Shown in pieces: positions 57,495 through 64,000 of a stretch of DNA of 64,000 nt. The position numbers and the translations under genes are program-made. Source of the DNA: Candidatus Nomurabacteria bacterium (lineage in GTDB: Bacteria; Patescibacteriota; Minisyncoccia; Phycocordibacterales; SBAW01); NCBI GenBank assembly GCA_943356495.1, contig CALRFF010000001.1, forward strand, positions 92,864 to 156,863, in the 5' to 3' direction. How positions within the stretch are numbered: the stretch's first letter is position 1; each line of letters begins with the position of its first letter. Below the pieces are notes generated by a model. It did not search any database. It saw only the letters and a list, made by a program, of their open reading frames with translations, and was not told the DNA's origin.

Positions 57495-58796
57495 CTACTG
57501 AAAGAAAGCGGCAAACTCCTGCGAGGCATCGTTGACTGCTTGTGACGGGTCGGTCTTGCCGGTTGTTACTGATTCTATCATTGCCTTAAAGATAGTGTCG
57601 GTAGACTCGGTGTTAGGGTCAAACCACCCGCGGGAGATAAGCGCCGATTGCGAAAACACCTGCGCCGCGGCATTGGCCGATGTATCTACCGCTACATCGC
57701 GGCGCACTGCAGGCAGGCCCGTGGCGGCCACCACCTGTTGGACGCCCGCTTGGCTTACCAGTTTTTGGGCAACCACCAACGCCCCGCCGGGGTTAGCCGC
57801 CGTGCGCGACACCCCCAAACCGGTAATGCTGCCGTAGGTCAGCCGCGGTCCGTTGCCCTGCAGTTGCGGCAACAGCGCAACACTAAAGTGCAGGTTGGGG
57901 TTGCGCTTAGTCAGTACCGGCAGCTCGCTGGCAAAACCAAAGTACACGGCCAAATCGCCCGCCACAAACGCTTCGGTCGAGTTGTGCAGGGAGCGGTTCC
58001 AGGTGTAGGAGCTTTTAGAGGGGTTGGCAAACTCGGTATAAAAACGCAGTGCCGACTCGGCGGGGTTGGTGGCAACGCCCGGCGCCGCGGTGCCGAACAC
58101 GCTGGCAAGGTAGCCTTGCTCGTTGCGGCTTACTATCGGGTCCCCCGCCTGCATAAACAGCGCAGACAATATCGCCTTGGCATGCGACACGTTGCCCCAC
58201 GCGCCGAGCGCCACCGCGCTGCGGCGCACGTTCTGCGAAGTATCTATAGAGGTTATTTTTTGCGCCAAGGTTAAGAGCTCGTTCCAGTACACGGGTGCCT
58301 GCGCCACCCCTGCGCCCGCCAACAAATCGCGGTTCCAGTACATGACCAACGGGTCGATCATAAACGGCAACGCCCAGCTGCCTTGGCTGTTTAAAAAGAT
58401 GTTCGCCTCATCGACAAACGAGTTGGTAAAGGTCGACTGTGACACCGAACTGTAGGGTATATTGAGCACTTTGTCGGCAAACGCGCCTATCGACTCTTGG
58501 GTCAGCATAAACAGGTCGGGCCCGCGACCCGCGGCAATGGCATTGATAAGTATCTGCTGGTAGGTGGCCTTGTCGGCCTCAAGATACGTAACGTCCTGAA
58601 AACTCTTATCAGTGGCGCGCAAGTTTTGCAGTACCATGCTCATTTGCTGCTCGTCTGCGGTGCCCCAAATGGTCACCTGCCCGACCGACGTGCTGCCGGT
58701 TACGCCTCCAAAGGCCGCAAACACGCCCACGCCGATAATAGTAAAAACCACAAATGCGGTGGTAACTATTATTTGAAAGGTGCTTATCGACTTCAT
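57495..58796 (-). CDS. extracellular solute-binding protein (ABC transporter SBP, family 1-like)
   Basis: N-terminal TM/signal anchor then a periplasmic-binding-protein-like domain. 433 aa. Confidence 0.75.
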   Translation of the reverse strand: MKSISTFQIIVTTAFVVFTIIGVGVFAAFGGVTGSTSVGQVTIWGTADEQQMSMVLQNLRATDKSFQDVTYLEADKATYQQILINAIAAGRGPDLFMLTQESIGAFADKVLNIPYSSVSQSTFTNSFVDEANIFLNSQGSWALPFMIDPLVMYWNRDLLAGAGVAQAPVYWNELLTLAQKITSIDTSQNVRRSAVALGAWGNVSHAKAILSALFMQAGDPIVSRNEQGYLASVFGTAAPGVATNPAESALRFYTEFANPSKSSYTWNRSLHNSTEAFVAGDLAVYFGFASELPVLTKRNPNLHFSVALLPQLQGNGPRLTYGSITGLGVSRTAANPGGALVVAQKLVSQAGVQQVVAATGLPAVRRDVAVDTSANAAAQVFSQSALISRGWFDPNTESTDTIFKAMIESVTTGKTDPSQAVNDASQEFAAFFQ

Positions 58797-58814
58797 ACCG
58801 GTATTGTCCCGCGG

Positions 58815-59351
58815 TTATGCGAATTTACGAAACAGTAATCCCCAATGGTAGGCGCCTGCGGGTGCAGAGCCCTCGGCGGTAAAACCGGCTTGCTCAAACA
58901 AACTGCTTGCCTGCGCGGCGGTGACTACGTGGTCGGGATGCGGACCCATGCCGCCAAAGGAGTCTTGCCAGTCGATAACCAACACCTGACCGCGGGGCTT
59001 AAGCAAACGCAGGGCCTCGGCGGCAACCGCCGCTTTGTCGTCGGCTGCAAAAAGGCTGTTGGCTATAACTACCACATCAAAGCTCTTGTCGGGCAAGTGC
59101 GTACCACCCACCTTTTCGATATTGCCGGCTACTACCTCGACATTGGTCAAACCCTCGCCAGTGGCAAGATTTTTAAGCCGCGGGAGTAAGTCGCGGTTGG
59201 CGTCTACTGCCCACACAATGCCGGGGGCGCACAACCTTGCCGCAGCGCGGGTAAAAAATCCCGAGCCTGCGTCAAAGTCGGCGACCGTCTGCCCTGGCGT
59301 CAGATGCAACGCCGAAAGGGCCGCCGAAGGGATAAGGAACGAACTTTCCAC
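58815..59351 (-). CDS. class I SAM-dependent methyltransferase
   Basis: SAM motif I VADFDAGSGFF, motif II, post-II region. 178 aa. Confidence 0.75.
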   Translation of the reverse strand: MESSFLIPSAALSALHLTPGQTVADFDAGSGFFTRAAARLCAPGIVWAVDANRDLLPRLKNLATGEGLTNVEVVAGNIEKVGGTHLPDKSFDVVVIANSLFAADDKAAVAAEALRLLKPRGQVLVIDWQDSFGGMGPHPDHVVTAAQASSLFEQAGFTAEGSAPAGAYHWGLLFRKFA

Positions 59352-59550
59352 CCCTTAATTATACATGACGCAAAATGTAGGCTCCCCACACCGAGTACGC
59401 CACGACCGCAAGCAGGGCCAAAGACACTACCCCTAGAGCGTCTTTTTGTTTGCCGGCGTGTTTGCGAATCGTCTCCATACCTCTTATTACGCACGAGTGG
59501 CATGTTTCTTACATGAAAATGCCCCGCACGTAGTGGTGCGGGGCGGCCGG

Positions 59551-59721
59551 TCAGGCTCGGACAGTGTCGCCGTTCGGCAGCGTCGGCAAAATTTCGCCCG
59601 GCTCGACTTTGTCGAGCGGGTGGGGCTGTTCGGCGCCGGGGCCCTTCTTGGCCTCGGTGCTGAGTATCATTTCCTTGATCGCCTCCGGTTCGTTGCGGCC
59701 AAAACCAAACATATTCCGGCT
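59551..59721 (-). CDS. small hypothetical protein (56 aa), high-GC
   Basis: MSRNMFGFGRNEPEAIKEMILSTEAKKGPGAEQ... Strong SD GAGGGAGG 6 nt upstream. Start trimmed from the ORF-track start. Confidence 0.4.
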   Translation of the reverse strand, partial: SRNMFGFGRNEPEAIKEMILSTEAKKGPGAEQPHPLDKVEPGEILPTLPNGDTVRA

Positions 59722-59774
59722 CATTGCTTCCTCCCTCGTCAAAACCGTCTGCCACTAAGATACCACGGTTTTTA

Positions 59775-59809
59775 CAAAAGAAAACCGCCCGCACTTTCGT
59801 GCGGGCGGT
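59775..59809 (-). terminator. rho-independent terminator, copy 1 of a duplicated 33-nt module
   Basis: AAAGAAAACCGCCCGCACTTTCGTGCGGGCGG. On the minus strand the hairpin is followed by TTTTCTTTT. Identical copy at 60293..60328. Confidence 0.6.
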
Positions 59810-59812
59810 CAA

Positions 59813-60256
59813 TCAGGCAATCAGACCTTGACGGTTAAACCAGCGCAGGATCTCCTGCCCCATAGGCGTGGTGCGGTGCATGTCGGCGGTGGTAAACCAT
59901 GCCAGCTCCTCGACCTCGTTGCGCGGGGTAAGCATGCCGATGTAGTCGGCGTCGTAGCAGTACATCTTAAGCACCGTGCCCTCGACATAGCCGTGGCACG
60001 GACCCTCAAACGTGTGGAGATGCTCGATAGTGTTGAAGAGGAGCTGGATGTCGCCCTCTTCGTCCGACTCGCGCATCAGCGCCTCGGCCTGCGTTTCACC
60101 CTCGTCGATCTTGCCGCCGAGAGTGTAGAAAAGGGTCTGGCCTTTCGACCGGGCAAACAGCAACGCTTGGTCACGGACCAGCGTTAAAGCAACCTTTTCA
60201 ATAATCCCACTGGGTGCCGTCTTGAGCGCCTTGGGTGCTGCGGAGGTGTCGCTCAT
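59813..60256 (-). CDS. NUDIX hydrolase
   Basis: Nudix box GGKIDEGETQAEALMRESDEEGDI. Start set at MSDTS with SD GAGGAG. The longer ORF-track start would run through the upstream terminator. Confidence 0.75.
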   Translation of the reverse strand: MSDTSAAPKALKTAPSGIIEKVALTLVRDQALLFARSKGQTLFYTLGGKIDEGETQAEALMRESDEEGDIQLLFNTIEHLHTFEGPCHGYVEGTVLKMYCYDADYIGMLTPRNEVEELAWFTTADMHRTTPMGQEILRWFNRQGLIA

Positions 60257-60292
60257 GTTGTGCTCCTCGTTGTTCATCTGCGCCCACCCTAC

Positions 60293-60328
60293 CACAAAGA
60301 AAAACCGCCCGCACTTTCGTGCGGGCGG
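60293..60328 (-). terminator. rho-independent terminator, copy 2 of the duplicated module
   Basis: Same sequence as 59775..59809. Confidence 0.6.
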
Positions 60329-60341
60329 CAACTCTCGAGGC

Positions 60342-60446
60342 CTACGCAGGCCAAATAGGCAAAAACGGCGCGAGATAAATCATCACGCCGGCGGCGATAC
60401 CAACCAGCTGCATGACAAGCTCCAGCCCAGCACCCGCACACATCAT
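60342..60446 (-). CDS. very small hydrophobic peptide (33-34 aa), candidate only
   Basis: MMCAGAGLELVMQLVGIAAGVMIYLAPFLPIWPA. GGGAG just upstream. Followed by a terminator. Not in the ORF track. Confidence 0.25.
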   Translation of the reverse strand: MMCAGAGLELVMQLVGIAAGVMIYLAPFLPIWPA

Positions 60447-60473
60447 ACTCCCGTGCGGCGTGGGCAAAGCGAG

Positions 60474-60626
60474 TTATCCACTTCGCAGGGCGTCTTCGAT
60501 CTCTTGGGCGGCCTCTGTGGTGCGCTGAGTTGAGCGCGTCGCCTGCCTGCGGATCTTCTCCGCCTGCTCGATGAGCCCTTGGTTCTGCACCGCGTTAAGC
60601 GGCGTAGCGCTTTCGGTATCAATCAT
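60474..60626 (-). CDS. small hydrophilic protein (50 aa), candidate only
   Basis: MIDTESATPLNAVQNQGLIEQAEKIRRQATRSTQRTTEAAQEIEDALRSG. SD GGAGAAGG upstream. Not in the ORF track. Confidence 0.3.
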   Translation of the reverse strand: MIDTESATPLNAVQNQGLIEQAEKIRRQATRSTQRTTEAAQEIEDALRSG

Positions 60627-60661
60627 GACCTTCTCCCATCTCTTCTGCCGCTACCTTAGCA

Positions 60662-60900
60662 TAAAAAAATCCGCTCGGTGAAGCGGGAGTACGGTCGCAA
60701 GACCTAGTAATCCTGACCGGCCGACGGAGGCCAAATCACGCGACACCGAGCGGGGCGGCCCTTGAGGAATTTCGTAGAGGGCCAACGTGGACCGTTATAG
60801 TTACGGTCTGCGTCAAGCGGCGACATACCTTTGATGCTTGCACACCTCCGGCATCCGACCCGCTTGCGGCAATGTCTAAGCGAGGCAGCACCCTCACCTT
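60662..60900 (-). ncRNA. candidate novel structured ncRNA (about 240 nt), unclassified
   Basis: ORF-free, about 60% GC interval bounded by an upstream palindromic terminator (60937..60964), a promoter-like element with extended -10 (minus strand TTTCAT-N16-TGcTACAGT at about 60905-60935) and a downstream terminator (CCGCT-TCACCG-AGCGG + ATTTTTTT at 60661..60689). Several internal 6-bp hairpins. No match to tmRNA, RNase P, SRP or 6S motifs that I can recognise. Confidence 0.3.
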
Positions 60901-60936
60901 CGACCGAGCTACTGTAGCACGCCCAAACCGTTATGA

Positions 60937-60964
60937 AAAAGACTACGATATATCGTAGTCTTTT
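60937..60964. repeat. 28-bp perfect palindrome AAAAGACTACGATATATCGTAGTCTTTT (bidirectional terminator-like) overlapping the DUF1653 stop codon
   Basis: Seen directly. Confidence 0.8.
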
Positions 60965-61235
60965 ATGCCTTGGTAAACCGCTCTACCTTTTGGCTCTGGC
61001 CACCCTGCCTGCCGGCAGGCAGGTCCACCACCTCGCGCCACTCGCGCAAGGGCCTCGTAAAATACGGCGCATCGGGTTGCTCGTACATCGGCTCGTACAC
61101 TACCATCCATTCATCGTCGTTGGAGTGGAGCGCGATTAAAACAACTTTGTAGCTGTCTCCTTTGTAGTGTTTATAAACCTCCCCCGCCTTAGGAGCGTCT
61201 GCGGGCACTGGCGGTATTGGGTCACCTTTGCTCAT
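60963..61235 (-). CDS. DUF1653-family protein
   Basis: MSKGDPIPPVPADAPKAGEVYKHYKGDSYKVVLIALHSNDDEWMVVYEPMY. The YKHYKG...Y...V pattern is typical of DUF1653. Start trimmed to MSKGD. Confidence 0.65.
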   Translation of the reverse strand: MSKGDPIPPVPADAPKAGEVYKHYKGDSYKVVLIALHSNDDEWMVVYEPMYEQPDAPYFTRPLREWREVVDLPAGRQGGQSQKVERFTKA

Positions 61236-61334
61236 AGCGTAAGTATAAACCGTGTTATAGTAATAAGGCGACGGAGGGGCTTCTCTCAGTTCGCGACGAA
61301 CCTTGGTTCCGAAGTGCGTCACGGAGGAACAACA

Positions 61335-61421
61335 ATGAAGATGGTGAAAAGTCTTCTCGAGGGTGCCGGACTCGGCATCGTCAAAGAGACCGGCGGTCTC
61401 GAAGGCTCCGGCCTGATCTAA
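61335..61421 (+). CDS. small Gly-rich peptide (28 aa), candidate
   Basis: MKMVKSLLEGAGLGIVKETGGLEGSGLI. SD GGAGGA 7 nt upstream. Strong terminator CCCCTCGCCTAGCGCGAGGGG + TTTTTTT downstream. Promoter-like TGtTATAGT at about 61253. Confidence 0.35.
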   Translation: MKMVKSLLEGAGLGIVKETGGLEGSGLI

Positions 61422-61458
61422 CCACCGACATCTGCCTGAAGGTCTCCTCAACAAATAC

Positions 61459-61492
61459 CCCTCGCCTAGCGCGAGGGGCTCGTTTTTTTAAA
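61459..61492 (+). terminator. rho-independent terminator after the small peptide gene
   Basis: CCCCTCGCCTAGCGCGAGGGGCTCGTTTTTTT. Confidence 0.6.
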
Positions 61493-61501
61493 GAATAAAC
61501 C

Positions 61502-61529
61502 AAAACACTACGATATATCGTAGTGTTTT
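61502..61529. repeat. 28-bp perfect palindrome AAAACACTACGATATATCGTAGTGTTTT between the small peptide gene and the gyrA 3' end
   Basis: Seen directly. Confidence 0.8.
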
Positions 61530-61545
61530 TAATTTCTGTTCTAGT

Positions 61546-64000
61546 CTATAAACAAACGAAGCTGGCGATTGCGTCGCCGTCGCGGAGTTTCATTATGCGC
61601 ACGCCTTGAGTACTGCGTGATTGAGTTTTGATCTCATCGAGGCCGGTGCGGATTACCTGCCCTTTTTTGGAGATAACCACCACCTCCTCTTCGCCACCCT
61701 CGCCGCGGGTAATAATGCGCGAGGTGATTAGCGGGCCGGTCTTGGCGGTTGCTTGCATGGTCTTAATGCCAGAGCCGCCGCGACCCTGCACTTTGTACTC
61801 CTCTATCTTGGTTGCTTTGCCATAGCCGTTGCGCGAGACCACCAACACCTCAAGGCCTTTCGCGCCTTTCTGCACCACGTCGGCGCCCACTATTGTGTCG
61901 CCGCTACCAAGGCGCATGCCGCGCACGCCGCCGGCGGCGCGGCCCATGGCGCGGACATCGGCCTCTTTAAAGCGAATACTCTGCCCCTTTGCCGTGCTCA
62001 AAAAGATTTCATCGCCCTTCTCTACAAATAATGCGGCAATAAGCTCATCGCCCTTCTGCAATTTTTGCGCGATAAGCCCCGAGCGGCGCACATCGTGGAA
62101 GGCGGTGGCATCCACTTTTTTAACCGTGCCCTGCTTGGTTATCATGTACAGAAACTTCTCCCCCTCTTTTTGGTTTTTGCGCATCGGCAGGACGCTCGTC
62201 ACTTTTTCCGCGTCGGTAATAGAGAGGAAGTTAACTATCGGGCGGCCCTTGGTCGAGCGCTTACCCTCCGGTATCTCGTAGAACTTAAGCTGGTAGGCCT
62301 TGCCGAGGTTCGTAAAGAACAAAAGGTCACTGTGCGTCGAGGTGGTCATAAAGGTAGTAACAAAGTCCTCCTCTTTGGTGTCGAGGTCGATAACGCCCAC
62401 GCCACCGCGCTTTTGCCGGCGGAACTCCTCGGGGTTAGTGCGCTTAACGTAGCCGCCGGCGGTAAGCACCAGCACCTGCTCTTGGTCGGCGACCATGTCC
62501 TCCTCGGAAATTACCCCGGCCGCGCCCTTAACTACTTTTGTCGCGCGCGGGTTGCCGAACTTTTTAGCAATGTCCTCGATTTCTTGCTTAATAACGCCGA
62601 GCATTTTTTTGTCGGACTTAAGTAGCGCGACGCACTCCTCGATAAAAGCCTGCACCTCCTTAAGCTCGTCTTCTACCTTGCGGCGCTCGAGGTTGGCAAG
62701 ACGCGACAGGCGCATCTCCAAAATGGCCGATGCCTGCAGGTCGGAAAACTTGAACTTTTTTATAAGGTTGGCGTGCGCCTCCGGCACGTCTTTGCTGGCG
62801 CGGATGGTCTTGATAACCTCGTCGATATGGTCGAGCGCCTTAACAAGCCCGAGCAAAATATGCTCGCGCTCCTGCGCCTTTTTAAGATCAAACTCGGTGC
62901 GGCGCTTAACTATCTCGCGGCGGTGCTTGATAAACTCCTCCAAAATGCCTTTGAGCGAAATCGTTTGCGGCACGCCGTCGACCAGCACCACCATGTTGTA
63001 GTGGAAGGTGTCCTCGAGCGAGGTGTACTTGTACAAATAGTTGAGCACGCGCTGCGGCTGGGCGCCCTGCTTAAGCTCCACCACAATACGAATGTCTTTG
63101 GTCGACTCGTCGCGCAACCCGCGGATACCCTCGAGCTTTTTGTCGCGCACCAAGTCGGCGATGCGCACAATAAGGTCCGACTTGTTAACGCGGTACGGTA
63201 TCGACGTGATGATAATCTGGTAGTCACCTTTTTTGGTCTCGGTAATTTCGGCCACGCCGCGCACCACCACGCCGCCGCGACCGGTCGAAAACGCGTGGAG
63301 CATCGCTTTTTTATCGTAGGCTATCGCTCCCGTCGGGAAATCCGGCCCCGGCACAAACTCCATCAGCTCCTCGACCGTTGCCGCAGGATTTTCTATCAAA
63401 TGCGCGAGCGCGTTGCTTACCTCGCCTAAGTTGTGGGGCGGGATACTGGTTGCCATACCAACGGCGATGCCGAGCGTGCCGTTGAGCAAAATGTTGGGCA
63501 CGGCCGCGGGCAACACCTCGGGCTCTTTTTGCGTGCCGTCGTAGTTGGGGCGCCACGCGACTGTCTCTTTTTCCAAATCGCGTAGCAACTCGCCGGCAAC
63601 ACCCGACATTTTTGCCTCGGTGTAGCGCATTGCGGCGGCCGAGTCGCCATCGATAGAACCAAAGTTACCTTGGCCGATAACCAAGGGGTAGCGCATCGAA
63701 AACTCCTGTGCCATCTTAACCATCGCGTCGTACACAGACGCGTCGCCGTGCGGGTGATATTTACCCAACACCTCGCCGACTACCGTTGCCGACTTGCGGA
63801 ATCGCGCCGAGGGGGTAAGCCCCATGCGGTGCATCGCGTAAAGTATGCGGCGGTGCACGGGTTTAAGCCCGTCGCGCACGTCGGGTAAGGCGCGCGAGGT
63901 AATAACCGACATCGCGTAGTCGAGGTAGCTGTCACGCATCTCGGTCGAGATGTTGCGCAGGACTATGCCCGATACAGTATCGTCTTCCTCGCCTCCGTGT
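61546..64000 (-). CDS. gyrA: DNA gyrase subunit A (5' end beyond the window)
   Basis: [33 protein letters not shown] and the active-site region. The frame stays open upstream of the annotated Met to the window edge ([25 protein letters not shown]). Confidence 0.95.
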   Translation of the reverse strand, partial: HGGEEDDTVSGIVLRNISTEMRDSYLDYAMSVITSRALPDVRDGLKPVHRRILYAMHRMGLTPSARFRKSATVVGEVLGKYHPHGDASVYDAMVKMAQEFSMRYPLVIGQGNFGSIDGDSAAAMRYTEAKMSGVAGELLRDLEKETVAWRPNYDGTQKEPEVLPAAVPNILLNGTLGIAVGMATSIPPHNLGEVSNALAHLIENPAATVEELMEFVPGPDFPTGAIAYDKKAMLHAFSTGRGGVVVRGVAEITETKKGDYQIIITSIPYRVNKSDLIVRIADLVRDKKLEGIRGLRDESTKDIRIVVELKQGAQPQRVLNYLYKYTSLEDTFHYNMVVLVDGVPQTISLKGILEEFIKHRREIVKRRTEFDLKKAQEREHILLGLVKALDHIDEVIKTIRASKDVPEAHANLIKKFKFSDLQASAILEMRLSRLANLERRKVEDELKEVQAFIEECVALLKSDKKMLGVIKQEIEDIAKKFGNPRATKVVKGAAGVISEEDMVADQEQVLVLTAGGYVKRTNPEEFRRQKRGGVGVIDLDTKEEDFVTTFMTTSTHSDLLFFTNLGKAYQLKFYEIPEGKRSTKGRPIVNFLSITDAEKVTSVLPMRKNQKEGEKFLYMITKQGTVKKVDATAFHDVRRSGLIAQKLQKGDELIAALFVEKGDEIFLSTAKGQSIRFKEADVRAMGRAAGGVRGMRLGSGDTIVGADVVQKGAKGLEVLVVSRNGYGKATKIEEYKVQGRGGSGIKTMQATAKTGPLITSRIITRGEGGEEEVVVISKKGQVIRTGLDEIKTQSRSTQGVRIMKLRDGDAIASFVCL

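Overview
The window is a gene-dense, mostly minus-strand-coded stretch of a small bacterial genome. By inference from compact protein variants and many signal-peptide or pilin-like small proteins, it resembles a CPR or Parcubacteria-like organism. A 79-aa ATP synthase delta, a 508-aa IF-2, a 411-aa UvrC, an 856-aa UvrA and a roughly 350-aa DnaX all point to a reduced genome. Background GC is about 55-58%, with sharply higher-GC patches.

Recognisable content in order:
- F0F1 ATP synthase genes (atpA N-terminus, atpH, atpF, atpE, atpB).
- cydAB.
- A four-tRNA cluster.
- A colinear operon uvrB, small Q/R-rich ORF, uvrA, uvrC, ddl, pterin dehydratase, with tgt upstream.
- msrA and an FAD-linked oxidase.
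- trmH, cspA, an HI0933 flavoprotein, an ABC-F ATPase, rlmH.
- dnaX, dus, ftsQ-like, serS, dprA, topA, rel, parB.
- A high-GC pyrF-like/pyrE-like pair next to tRNA-Leu.
- miaA, rpmG, clpB, an S1 protease, a cysteine desulfurase, infB, rbfA.
- A tRNA cluster (Cys, Leu, Lys, Leu) enclosing a FemAB-like gene.
- gyrA, running off the 3' window edge.

I found 12 tRNAs plus one tRNA 3'-end fragment. I found no CRISPR array, integrase, transposase or rRNA.

The most unusual region is 52.7-59.4 kb. It starts with a high-GC island bounded by two near-consensus extended -10 promoters. That island encodes a small coiled-coil protein, a polyproline SPFH-like membrane protein, a 4-TM Cys-ectodomain protein and a convergent secreted (YQPAVA)n repeat peptide. 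It is followed by an array of five T4SS-pilin-like small proteins (one tandem duplicate, frameshifted), a solute-binding protein and a methyltransferase.

Other items worth a second look:
- A pilin-like protein fused to a lytic transglycosylase domain.
- A 26-28 bp perfect-palindrome family in three copies, one inside miaA.
- A duplicated 33-nt terminator module in a small-protein island.
- An ORF-free roughly 240-nt promoter-to-terminator unit that may be a novel ncRNA.
- A tRNA-Tyr 3'-end direct repeat.
- An Ig-like surface-protein gene interrupted by two in-frame TAGs and a frameshift.

All functional calls rest on my reading of the translated sequences and motifs. No database searches were run.
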